DNA of 64,000 nucleotides from Bacteroidales bacterium (GTDB taxonomy: Bacteria; Bacteroidota; Bacteroidia; Bacteroidales; UBA4417): NCBI GenBank assembly GCA_038237165.1, contig JBBRYZ010000001.1, positions 30,199 to 94,198 on the forward strand, in the 5' to 3' direction. The position numbers and the translations under genes are program-made. Of this stretch, positions 28,072 to 37,202 are shown in pieces (the stretch's first letter is position 1; each line of letters begins with the position of its first letter). The notes beneath the pieces are model-generated. The model ran no database searches and was not told the origin of the DNA. It worked only from the letters and a program-made list of their open reading frames with translations.

Positions 28072-30337
28072 TGTCTTTTTTGCTTTTTCGACAAACACCT
28101 GTGGAAATTCCTTTTGCCAATTAAATGCTTTATAGCCGGACACAGAAGGATCGTCAATCAGCGAGTTGCCACATTTAATATTGTTATTCAGGTCGTTCAG
28201 CTTGCGGTTGGGCTGGGCGGTGCTTAGCCAGTGGGAGAGCTTGGCTATTTCGACACTTTCCTCGTTTATATCAACGCCAAACAAATTGTTTTCGAGTATG
28301 CTCTTTTCTGTATCGGTCAGCACCATGGCATCGCCGAAAAGTTTGGCCTGCAGTTCGTCAATAGTGCGGTGTTCGGTAATAAGGTAATCGAGCGCCTGGT
28401 TCATGAATGCCCCCGATCCGCTGGCCGGGGTCGCAGATGGTAAGCCACAAAAGCCAGTTGCGGTAAGTAGTAAGCTTATCGAATAAAGGCTGTATGGTTT
28501 TCTTTGTTCGTTTGCGATCGGTTATATAGTCTTCCTCATTCAGCTGCAGCTCTGCTTTTTTATCAGCACAAAGTTTGCCAACAGTATTATCAACAATATA
28601 CTTGGTAATGTATTTGGGCGTGTAAAACACACCGTCCTTTTTGCGCTTGGTCTTGGTTTTGTCAATTTCCTGCCCTTCGAGCTGTGCTTTTATTTCATCC
28701 AGTTCATTCAGCGAGTTTTCGAAAATATGTCCCAGGATATTTACATCTACTTCGATGTCGAAATCATATTCCGAAAGCTTCAGCGTATAACGGTAAAGCA
28801 ATTCGTCATCAATTTTCAAAGCATCCAACAATTCATCCGATTTAAACAAACCTCCGTTGTACGCGAATACATCGTAGCGTTTGCCTTTAAAGCCGGTATT
28901 AAGGTATTCGAAATACTTTTTAAAGCGGGCATAAAGCGCAATATCAACATCCTTGTCCTGCAAGTCGCGCCAATCGTTAAGTATCAGCCTTACCGAGTTA
29001 GGCGGCAACAGTTGCCTGTCCTCGGCAAAAAACAGGAAAAGAAAACGATCAAGTAATTTCTGCGATTTCTTGAATAGTGTCAGCGCATCGTTCTGAGTGT
29101 TAAGGGCCACCAGGTTCCGGTGCAGCTCGCGCTTGAAAAGCGAATAATCGTTGTAAAGATTTTTGGTAATGGCATCTTCGTGGCTTATAGATTCGTCCTT
29201 GATGCGCTTTGGAAGACCTTTGGCAATACTGTCGTACGACAGGCACAGCCACAGCAATTCAAAATCCTTTTCGTTAAGAGTAAACAGGTTAAATTCGAGA
29301 TGCTCGATGGCATTATCGATATAAAAACGGAGCTTCTCGAAATTGGAAGTTATAACATACACACAATCGGACTGGTTGTTCTTATAGCCGAAAGCCTGAT
29401 TTTCAATCTTGCTGAGATCGGTAGTTTCAGTTCCTTTCAGCTCTATAACTGCTATAACCACAGGAGCAATTGCCAATGCATGCTACTTTGCCAGTAGTAT
29501 TGCACCATCCGCCTTTTTACTGTCCTTTACATTTTTGTATTCAGTAGTAATGTTAAATCCAGGTGTCGGATTTTTAGTATAGCCCAGCACCGTAACAAAC
29601 AAGTCGATAAGGAATTCGCCCTGGTATTGCTCCTCCTTGCTATTGCGTATGTTTTCCTGTATGGCGAGATTATGAAAATGAGCCTTGAATTTAGCATAGG
29701 CAGCCGCAACCGTCTGCTTATCCATCGTTTTCTGATACTTACTGATTACTGAATTTTGAAAAAAGGACATATAGTTTGCCGGTTCGGAAAGTGCGTGAAT
29801 TAATGGGGATAAATTTAAGGGATATTTGGACTATAGTATACGGAATTTAGAATTGTTTTTATTTTTCCCGTTGTTAACCAACACCAATGCTTGTAAGGGT
29901 TACGATCCCGATAGCAAACGGGGCAAGCATCGCAAAGTTTAAAAAATTGACTCCTTCAGGATTTCTGAACTTATACCCTCTGGTAGGTATCGGCTTCAAA
30001 TTGACAACAAGCAAATATACAAACTTGTTGCATTTAATTACCTGTTATAAGTTTCTTAATCGATTTCCATAATCGCAGCCTAAGGATACCATTTATAGTC
30101 CGGAACACTCAGGACAGCAGTAGGCAATTCAATTCCAGCAAACTTAATTTTTAACGTATCACTAAGAATTCCATTTTCGAAACACAGTTTTGCACAAGGA
30201 TGTCATATTATCTGATGCCTTTTCAGATGCTGGTTCCAAAATAAGCAGCCTGATAAATCCGATGAACGAAAAATCTTTTTTTTACTTAAACCAACAGTAG
30301 AATTATCATTGTTGATTGGTATTACTGTATTCTCATT

Positions 30338-32281
30338 TTACCCACGCTCTTTGAACTTCTTTATCCCTTCATTCAGGAATTTTATATATCCCTCTATGCT
30401 TGAATCATAACCCTTTGGGGGTGTAAGAAGGTTTCCATCATGGTCGGTTAAAGCATAAAATGGTTGTGAATTGGTTTTGAAATGTGTGGTTTCAAAATCG
30501 CTCCATTTATTACCTATGGTTTTCACTTTGTTGTTAGTAATTTTAGAAGTGTATTGTTCGTTAACAGGCAATTCAGTTTTGTCATCAACATAGAGTGAAA
30601 TCAACACATAGTCATTGCTGAGCAATCCCAGTACTGTTTTATCGCTCCACACATTGTCTTCCATTTTGCGGCAATTAACGCAACTCCAGCCTGTGAAATC
30701 CAGTATTACCGGTCTATTTACTTTTATAGCGTAGGCTATCCCTTTATCATAATCGTGGAAACAATTCAGGTTATGAGGACAGTGAAATTCATTATCCGAA
30801 GTGGTTGCCACAGCAATTGTATTGTCAGAGGCAGGCGCACTTTGCAGATTCCAGCCTTCGGTATAAAACGAAGGAGGAGGAAAGCCGCTGATGAGTTTCA
30901 ATGGCGCTCCAAACATGCCGGGAATCAGGTACACAACAAAACCCAGTACTAAAATGCCTGACAACAAGCCGGGGATAGAGGTGTTTTTCTGTTCGCCATC
31001 GTGCGGAAGCCTTAATTTACCGAGCAGATAAAAGCCGAGTAATCCGAAAATTACAATCCATAAAGCTATAAATACTTCCCTGGTCAATATGCCCCAATGG
31101 TAAGCCAGATCGACGGAAGATAAGAATTTCAGCGCAAAGGCAAGTTCAATAAATCCAAGCACAACTTTTACCGAATTGAGCCATCCTCCAGATTTTGGAA
31201 GCGAATTGAGCCATCCCGGGAATGCAGCGAAAAGTGCAAATGGAAGTGCCAACGCCAGCGCAAAACCAAACATACCTATGGCAGGTCCAGCGACATCGCC
31301 GTTAACAGCTGCCTGAACCAAAAGACTTCCGATGATAGGTCCTGTACATGAGAATGATACCAGTGAAAGCGTGAATGCCATGAAAAAAATCCCGATCAAT
31401 CCACCTTTATCAGCTGCTTTATCCGAGGCATCCAGCCATTTGTGGGGAAGCGTAATTTCGAAAGCACCAAAAAATGAAACTGCGAAAACGACGAATATGA
31501 CGAAAAATGCCAGGTTCATAACGCCGTTGCTTGCCAGCGCATTTAAGGCATCAGGTCCAAGTGAAAGGGAAATGGCTAATCCGAGTGTAACATAAATTAC
31601 AATGATAGAAACGGCGTAGATTATCGCATTTCGTATGCCTTTGGCTTTCGTTTTGCTTTGTTTGGTAAAGTAACTTACCGTAAGCGGGAGCATAGGGAAT
31701 ACGCAGGGTGTGAGCAGCGCCAGAAGTCCACCAACAAAACCGGCAATAAAAATAGCCCATGAAGTTAAGCCCGCGCCCGCAGGTACTATAACCACGGGAG
31801 CAGAACTGATTTGTGCCAACTCCGGAGAGGCTTTTACGTTAATTGTAAATTCATTGGTTTCCGGAGGCAAGCACATTTCGTCGTTACAAACCATAAAAGT
31901 TACTTCGGCATTAACGGCAAAACTGTTATTATCTGAAACAGCTATTTTCTGAACAAATAAAGCCTCTTTTTCAAAATAGGAAACAGGCATATTCTGGTAG
32001 GCAGGTTCGGGATGGGTAAATGGTTTATCCTCCCGGGTACTGCCAACGATTTGGTATGATTGATTTGGTTTAAAGCTGAAAGCAGTTGCAACAGGTCCGT
32101 TTTTTATATTCTGCGTCTGGCTGTAAATGTGCCATCCTTTCTCGATATTTGCCCTGAAAGTAATAAGGGCGGTATCGGGCGAAGGTCGGGTAACCGATGT
32201 CTGCCATTTTACCGGTTCGTGTACCTGCGAATATGCAAGTACCGAAAACAGTAATAGAATTGATGTGATGAGTGCTTTCAT
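30338..32281 (-). CDS. dsbD: Thiol:disulfide interchange protein DsbD (CcdA-type membrane core + C-terminal thioredoxin domain)
   Basis: 647-aa ORF: signal peptide, N-terminal DsbD-alpha-like domain, a polytopic core with LTPCVFPMLP and SCTGPI motifs, and a C-terminal WCVNC thioredoxin fold. Confidence 0.88.
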   Translation of the reverse strand: MKALITSILLLFSVLAYSQVHEPVKWQTSVTRPSPDTALITFRANIEKGWHIYSQTQNIKNGPVATAFSFKPNQSYQIVGSTREDKPFTHPEPAYQNMPVSYFEKEALFVQKIAVSDNNSFAVNAEVTFMVCNDEMCLPPETNEFTINVKASPELAQISSAPVVIVPAGAGLTSWAIFIAGFVGGLLALLTPCVFPMLPLTVSYFTKQSKTKAKGIRNAIIYAVSIIVIYVTLGLAISLSLGPDALNALASNGVMNLAFFVIFVVFAVSFFGAFEITLPHKWLDASDKAADKGGLIGIFFMAFTLSLVSFSCTGPIIGSLLVQAAVNGDVAGPAIGMFGFALALALPFALFAAFPGWLNSLPKSGGWLNSVKVVLGFIELAFALKFLSSVDLAYHWGILTREVFIALWIVIFGLLGFYLLGKLRLPHDGEQKNTSIPGLLSGILVLGFVVYLIPGMFGAPLKLISGFPPPSFYTEGWNLQSAPASDNTIAVATTSDNEFHCPHNLNCFHDYDKGIAYAIKVNRPVILDFTGWSCVNCRKMEDNVWSDKTVLGLLSNDYVLISLYVDDKTELPVNEQYTSKITNNKVKTIGNKWSDFETTHFKTNSQPFYALTDHDGNLLTPPKGYDSSIEGYIKFLNEGIKKFKERG

Positions 32282-32304
32282 TTGTGATTTTTTTGCAAAG
32301 ATTT

Positions 32305-32438
32305 GAGGTAGGAAGTCGGGAGACCGAAGACGGAAGCCGGGAGACGGCAGATAAGAGAAGGAGTTGGTTGCAAAACAAAAATCTAAGTATCATTTGTGAT
32401 TTTCAAATTCCGGTCTTCCCTCTCCGGTCTTCCAGCCC
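32305..32438. repeat. Period-9 repeat element with inverted arms (array A)
   Basis: The left arm ggaagtcgg gagaccgaa gacggaagc cgggagacg (32311-32346) and the right arm ccggtcttc cctctccgg tcttccagc (32410-32436) are imperfectly complementary. The element fills the dsbD-trxA intergenic gap. Confidence 0.7.
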
Positions 32439-32756
32439 CTATATTAATTTGTTCAATTTGTTCTGAAATTCTTTTTTGGGAGCTGCACCGGTTATTTTAT
32501 CGACTATCTCCCCGTTTTTGAAGAAAAGTATGGTAGGGATATTCCGGATTCCAAACCTGGCTGCAAGTTCCTGTTCTTTATCCACATCCACTTTTCCAAC
32601 TATTGCCCTACCCTCGTAATCAATATGAATTTCATCCAGAATAGGTCCGACGATTTTACAAGGGCCACACCATTGTGCCCAGAAATCGATAATTACAGGT
32701 TGATTTGATTGCAGTACCACTTCATCGAAGTTGCCTGCAGTTAATTCTTTTGCCAT
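32439..32756 (-). CDS. trxA: Thioredoxin
   Basis: 105-aa ORF with the canonical WAQWCGPCK active site. Confidence 0.93.
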   Translation of the reverse strand: MAKELTAGNFDEVVLQSNQPVIIDFWAQWCGPCKIVGPILDEIHIDYEGRAIVGKVDVDKEQELAARFGIRNIPTILFFKNGEIVDKITGAAPKKEFQNKLNKLI

Positions 32757-32770
32757 GATTTCCTTATTTT

Positions 32771-32800
32771 AAAAAGGCGAAACACATTGTTTCGCCTTTT
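32771..32800 (-). terminator. Rho-independent terminator after the 134-aa thioredoxin-like gene
   Basis: Hairpin ggcgaaac-acatt-gtttcgcc (32776-32796) flanked by an A-run and a T-run. On the minus strand it is followed by tttttaaaa. Confidence 0.7.
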
Positions 32801-32828
32801 GATTAAACTTACCAATGTATTGTTACTA

Positions 32829-33233
32829 TTACAATCCTTTTTTTGCAGATTTCAAGGCGGAAGCAAGTTCCTGGTCGGATTTAGCTAAACTGGCCTGGCT
32901 GATGAATGCTTTGGTTTTGGCATTAAAAAAATACACAACGCCAGTAGCCTTGTAACGTTGAATTGCCTGATCTAAGCCGTATTTCTTCAGTTCTTCAGCC
33001 GATTTCTTAGTTGTATTGGCATCGGTAACATCGTTAGCCACAAATTGAAAGGCCATGTCTTTGTTGTTTTCCATCAAAGCTCCCATAGCCCGCTGACCAT
33101 TCTGCTGACAAACGGGACACCAGTCAGCTTTGTTGATAACTGCAATTACTTTAGGCCCCGACTGAGCGAATGCTGAAACTGAGACTAACAGTACGAGAAC
33201 TGCACTTACGATAATTGATTTTACTGTTTTCAT
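32829..33233 (-). CDS. Secreted thioredoxin-like protein (CPVC motif)
   Basis: 134-aa ORF with a signal peptide and a WCPVC redox-type motif. Confidence 0.5.
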   Translation of the reverse strand: MKTVKSIIVSAVLVLLVSVSAFAQSGPKVIAVINKADWCPVCQQNGQRAMGALMENNKDMAFQFVANDVTDANTTKKSAEELKKYGLDQAIQRYKATGVVYFFNAKTKAFISQASLAKSDQELASALKSAKKGL

Positions 33234-33387
33234 GATTTTAGTTTTTTGAAATTGTTAAATGATTGCTGATTAATTACAATCATATTGTCGCAGAAAAAAC
33301 AATTCCTGACAAAAAAGATAATTTTATTTCAGATATTTTTCAAAAAAATTAATTATCATACAGTTGCATACGGATCATAGTAAAATA

Positions 33388-33419
33388 AAACAGGCATTAG
33401 TGGGTACTAATGCCTGTTT
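33388..33419 (-). terminator. Rho-independent terminator after the DsrE-like gene
   Basis: Stem aacaggcattag / ctaatgcctgtt (12 bp). On the minus strand it is followed by ttttatttta. Confidence 0.7.
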
Positions 33420-33440
33420 GTTATTGAAATAAAAATTATT

Positions 33441-33869
33441 CTAAAACGTCAGTACTTTTGCCCCGCTTTTCAGGTAATCCGTCAATGGTTTCCCCATTCC
33501 TTTAACATCAAAGCCTAATTTTCGTAGATCATCAGCAATTCCATAGGCATTGGCGCATGCAACGCAAGCTTCAATCACTACACCATCATCTTGCATGGCT
33601 TTCAGTTTTTCCTGAATTTTTATGTTTTCAGAAGTCAGTTTTGCGGAAGGCCCCCAGATTATCAGGGTCACATCTTTAAACCATCCCTGGGTTTTTGCTG
33701 CGTGCGTGTACATCAGAGCCACGCGTTCGGCAACATAAGGGTCATCACTTGCCCATAGTACAACAAGTTTATCGGAAGGATCTGACGTGGGCACTGCCTG
33801 TGCCTGCAAACCTGAGTGACTAAGCATCAAAAGACAAATTAATATAATTAATGACAGTTTTGCTTTCAT
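33441..33869 (-). CDS. Secreted DsrE/DsrF-like family protein
   Basis: 142-aa ORF with a signal peptide and a DsrE-like pattern (LVVLWASDDP...IIWGPS...IEACVACANAYG). Confidence 0.6.
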   Translation of the reverse strand: MKAKLSLIILICLLMLSHSGLQAQAVPTSDPSDKLVVLWASDDPYVAERVALMYTHAAKTQGWFKDVTLIIWGPSAKLTSENIKIQEKLKAMQDDGVVIEACVACANAYGIADDLRKLGFDVKGMGKPLTDYLKSGAKVLTF

Positions 33870-33935
33870 ATCACGTTGTTTTGACTGATTTAATAATTTG
33901 GTTAATTATGAGAAGATAATCAATTTTGAAAGGAT

Positions 33936-34664
33936 TCACAGTGTAATGAAATCCTTAATCCAACCCGAGGCAGGATTTGCTTTAATAAATTCAGGCTCGG
34001 CGAATTGTTCTATTTTCCCTTCGTTCATTATCGCTATATGCGTGCCAAGAGTAAAAGCCTCGTGTAAATCATGCGTAACCATTATAAAGGTAAGACCCAA
34101 TTCACTATGCATTTGTTTGATTTCATTTTGCAGGTTTCGGCGCGTAATGTTATCAAGTGCACCAAACGGTTCGTCCATCAGCACAATTTTCGGGTTGGCG
34201 GCCAAAGCCCTTGCTACGCCGACGCGCTGCTGTTGCCCTCCGCTTAGCTGATCAGGATAATTGTCGAGTTGTTGCTCATCAAATCCCATCATTGTAGCCA
34301 GCTCGGATACCCGCTGATTTTGTGCCTCTTTTTGATTCTCCGAAATACTCAGAACAAATTCCATATTTTGCTTTACCGAAAGGTGCGGAAAAAGGCCGCC
34401 TTGCTGTATTACGTAACCTATATTCCGCCGGAGCTGTATTTTATCCCAATGCCGGATGTCAGTTCCCATTACTTTTACTTGTCCTGAATCAAAATCGGTC
34501 ATGCCATTGATCAGTCGCAGCAAAGTTGTTTTGCCGCAACCGCTTGGACCGATGATTGTGATAAAAGCGCCTTCCGGAATAGTTAACGAAACAGAACGCA
34601 GTACCGGGTTTCCGGCCTGGTACGATTTTGTTACGCCTGATATTTCGATGATCGGATTAACCAT
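33936..34664 (-). CDS. ABC transporter ATP-binding protein, OpuC/EgtV-like (quaternary amine family)
   Basis: Walker A GPSGCGKTT, signature LSGGQQQR and Walker B LMDEPFGALD. Adjacent to the fused permease-SBP gene. Confidence 0.85.
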   Translation of the reverse strand: MVNPIIEISGVTKSYQAGNPVLRSVSLTIPEGAFITIIGPSGCGKTTLLRLINGMTDFDSGQVKVMGTDIRHWDKIQLRRNIGYVIQQGGLFPHLSVKQNMEFVLSISENQKEAQNQRVSELATMMGFDEQQLDNYPDQLSGGQQQRVGVARALAANPKIVLMDEPFGALDNITRRNLQNEIKQMHSELGLTFIMVTHDLHEAFTLGTHIAIMNEGKIEQFAEPEFIKANPASGWIKDFITL

Positions 34665-34673
34665 TTTGCATTT

Positions 34674-36212
34674 TTAATTCAGTAAGTTATTTGACTTTAA
34701 AAACGAAGCGGCTACTTCCTCAGGTGTTTTATTGGCTATCTCCACTTCATAATTTAGTTCCAACATCTTTGCATCATCAATTGTGCCGTTCAAACGACTG
34801 AGCAAATCAACCAGTTCAGGATAGTGCAATAGTATTTCATTCCTCACTACAATGCCTGCCTGGTATGCCGGGAAGAAATTCTTATCGTCGCGAAGCACAC
34901 GCAACTTCATTTGCCGGATACGCGAATCGGTTGAAAATGCATTAATAACATCCACAGTGTGGTTTTCGAGAGCCTGGAATTTCAGGTTCACATCAAGTTC
35001 AACTTTGTTTTTAAAATTGAAAGGATACACTGCCGAAAGTCCTTTAAAGCCATCTTCGCGTTCGTAAAAATCAAATTCAGCGCCAAATATAAACTGATTA
35101 CTTTTTGATGCCAGGTCCGAAAATGTTTTGATGTTTTCCTTGTTGGCTATGTCTTCGGGCAAAGCCAGCGTAAAGGTGTTGTTGAAACCAAAACGGCAGG
35201 CCCAGCTGAGTCCGAATTTTTCAGTATATGCCGTTTTTAACTCTGAATATAAGCTGTCGGGATTGCGGATTTGTGGTTTCTTCAGTACAAACAACCATGC
35301 GGTGCCGGTATATTCGGGATAAATATCAATTTCGCCCGACAATAACGCCGGTTGAATATTGGAAGTGCCCCCACCGATTCCAAACATTCGTTTTACAGGT
35401 ATATCCGTATTCTTTTCAATCATTTGCGAAATAATTTCACCCAGGATATACTGTTCGGCTGTTGGTTTTGAAGCAACAACAATTGTTCTTTTGGTGGTAA
35501 CAGCTGATTTTGACAGAATGGTGAAACCAATTGCCAGTGTTACTATTGCCAAACCGGCATAGGCAAGCCAGCGACGGTATCTGGATGAATGATGTTTGCT
35601 GTTTTTTAATGACTTCTCGAAAAATCCGATTGTAAGATCGGTAACTAGTGCCAGCAAAGCCACGGAAATTGAGCCTGCAAGAATAAGTGAGGAATTGTTG
35701 GTGTTAATACCCCTGTAAATTGCCTGACCCAAACCACCGGCACCAATAAAGGATGCAAGTCCGGCAAGAGCAATGGTCATAACAACCATAGTGCGGAACC
35801 CGCTCAGGATAGTTGGAAAAGCAAGAGGCCAGCGAATCCTTAGGAATATCTGCATTGGAGTAGCACCCATGCCTTTTGCAGCATCCAACAAACGCGGGTC
35901 CACTTCAATTAACCCGGTATAGGTATTCCGGATCATAGGAAGCAGGCCGTAAATAACAAGAACCACCAGTGCATTTAAAAAACCTATTCCTATTAAAGGG
36001 ATGAAGAGGCCAAACATGGCTATCGAAGGAATGGTATAGAGAAAATTTACCACTCCCAATACCAGGTTCCGGATTCGATTATACCGGACCAGCGCAATAC
36101 CCGAACTTACTCCAATAACAACAATTATCAATATGGCTGTAAGCGACAGCACAATATGCTGGAGGAGCAGTTCAAACAAATAATCCTTTCGCTGGAGTAA
36201 AAATGACCACAT
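34674..36212 (-). CDS. ABC transporter permease fused to substrate-binding domain, OpuB/OpuC/EgtU-like
   Basis: 512-aa ORF. The N-terminal ~210 aa form a BPD-type permease (EAA loop LDAAKGMGATPMQIF). The C-terminal ~290 aa form a glycine-betaine/choline-type SBP (IYPEYTGTAW). Confidence 0.8.
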   Translation of the reverse strand: MWSFLLQRKDYLFELLLQHIVLSLTAILIIVVIGVSSGIALVRYNRIRNLVLGVVNFLYTIPSIAMFGLFIPLIGIGFLNALVVLVIYGLLPMIRNTYTGLIEVDPRLLDAAKGMGATPMQIFLRIRWPLAFPTILSGFRTMVVMTIALAGLASFIGAGGLGQAIYRGINTNNSSLILAGSISVALLALVTDLTIGFFEKSLKNSKHHSSRYRRWLAYAGLAIVTLAIGFTILSKSAVTTKRTIVVASKPTAEQYILGEIISQMIEKNTDIPVKRMFGIGGGTSNIQPALLSGEIDIYPEYTGTAWLFVLKKPQIRNPDSLYSELKTAYTEKFGLSWACRFGFNNTFTLALPEDIANKENIKTFSDLASKSNQFIFGAEFDFYEREDGFKGLSAVYPFNFKNKVELDVNLKFQALENHTVDVINAFSTDSRIRQMKLRVLRDDKNFFPAYQAGIVVRNEILLHYPELVDLLSRLNGTIDDAKMLELNYEVEIANKTPEEVAASFLKSNNLLN

Positions 36213-36232
36213 ACAGAATATCCTGATTTAAA

Positions 36233-37198
36233 CTATCTTTCTTTCACCCAAAGCGAATCTGTAAAATAATTCCGGCTATCGGAAAAATGTTGTTCTACCC
36301 CGAATCCATTGCTTGTCGCTAATGTTTCAATCTTTTTCAAATCAAATTTACGCGAAAGTTCCATATAAACTGTTTCCCATTGGTTAAAGCGGAAATTTTT
36401 TGCCAGGGATTCAATATGCACAGTCTGATCTTTTGTTGAAACCAAAAAGCTTTTAACCGCGCCTGTTTGAGGATTGTAATCTATATGATGTTTAAAATTG
36501 CTGATGTCAAAATCGGCACCCAGTTCCCTGTTCAGGCGGATAAGATGATTGAGGTTAAATCGCTGGGTGTGGCCATGTGGATCATCATAAGCTTTCAAAA
36601 TTACATCAGGCGATTTTTTGAGGTCGAAACCAATCATAACTTTATCGCCTTTGTGTGCAAATTCGGAAAGCTGGCTTAAAAACAAATTCAATTCTTCATC
36701 CGGGAAATTGCCAATATTGGAACCCAGGAATAAAATTACTTTCCGTAGTCCGGAATAACCGTTAAGTTGTTTCATAACCCGGAAAAAATCGCCGGTCTGG
36801 GCATTCACTTTTAGTGAAGGGATTTCCTTTGCAAGGCTTTCAACCAGTTCGTTGTTGGCTTTCGGGCTTATATCGATAGGTATATATTTGAGGCCTGAAG
36901 ATCGGCTAATCATCGCATTCAGCAATATTTTCGTTTTCAATCCATCGCCCGAACCCAGTTCAATTACCTCGAAGCCTGAAGTACCTTTTATAAATGCATC
37001 AATAATCTGCTCTTTACGGGTTGAAAATATTTCATATTCGCAATTGGTGAGATAATATTCAGGCATGTTCATAATGTCCTGGAAAATGCTGCTGCCGATA
37101 TCATCGTAAAAATATTTCGACAATAGAAATTTTGGATTGGATGACAGACCGCTCAATGTATCGGTAGCCAGTTCGGAAAGAATTGTTAGTTGTTCCAT
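36233..37198 (-). CDS. eanA: L-histidine N-alpha-methyltransferase (EgtD/EanA family; hercynine synthase)
   Basis: 321-aa ORF with KYFYDDIGSSIFQDIMNMPEYYLTNCE, IELGSGDG and FLGSNIGNF, typical of EgtD-family methyltransferases. Confidence 0.85.
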   Translation of the reverse strand: MEQLTILSELATDTLSGLSSNPKFLLSKYFYDDIGSSIFQDIMNMPEYYLTNCEYEIFSTRKEQIIDAFIKGTSGFEVIELGSGDGLKTKILLNAMISRSSGLKYIPIDISPKANNELVESLAKEIPSLKVNAQTGDFFRVMKQLNGYSGLRKVILFLGSNIGNFPDEELNLFLSQLSEFAHKGDKVMIGFDLKKSPDVILKAYDDPHGHTQRFNLNHLIRLNRELGADFDISNFKHHIDYNPQTGAVKSFLVSTKDQTVHIESLAKNFRFNQWETVYMELSRKFDLKKIETLATSNGFGVEQHFSDSRNYFTDSLWVKER

Positions 37199-37202
37199 GG
37201 TT

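Larger units (their letters stand above)
25962..29770 (-). pseudogene. Eco57I-family type IIG restriction enzyme / N6-adenine DNA methyltransferase, disrupted (1 in-frame TAG, 2 frameshifts)
   Basis: Four collinear minus-strand ORFs (29483..29770, 28358..29476, 26734..28404, 25962..26822). Together they rebuild one ~1270-aa protein: an N-terminal nuclease-type region (ADGAIL...VIELKG), VDVNILGHIFE, RKKDGVFYTPKYIT, split motif I D-P-[shift]-ASGSGAF, NIKCGNSLID, FDVVVGNPPY, and a TaqI-like C-terminal specificity domain ending YELYELTEEEI. Confidence 0.85.

Noticed and set aside
21179-29485. Two in-frame stop codons in otherwise intact-looking frames (TAA in the ATPase at 21179, TAG in the RM gene at 29483) suggested stop-codon reassignment.
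   Set aside because: TAA, TAG and TGA all terminate well-conserved genes at the expected positions in this window. Examples are glgP and the 142-aa lipoprotein (TAG), xfp and ackA (TAA), and fba and the HAD gene (TGA). A recoded genetic code is not supported. Local mutation or read-through is more parsimonious.
23294-30337. The AT-rich accessory stretch as a prophage or integrative element.
   Set aside because: No integrase, recombinase, phage structural gene, tRNA attachment site or flanking direct repeats were seen. Only the RM pseudogene with its embedded HUH domain suggests past mobility.
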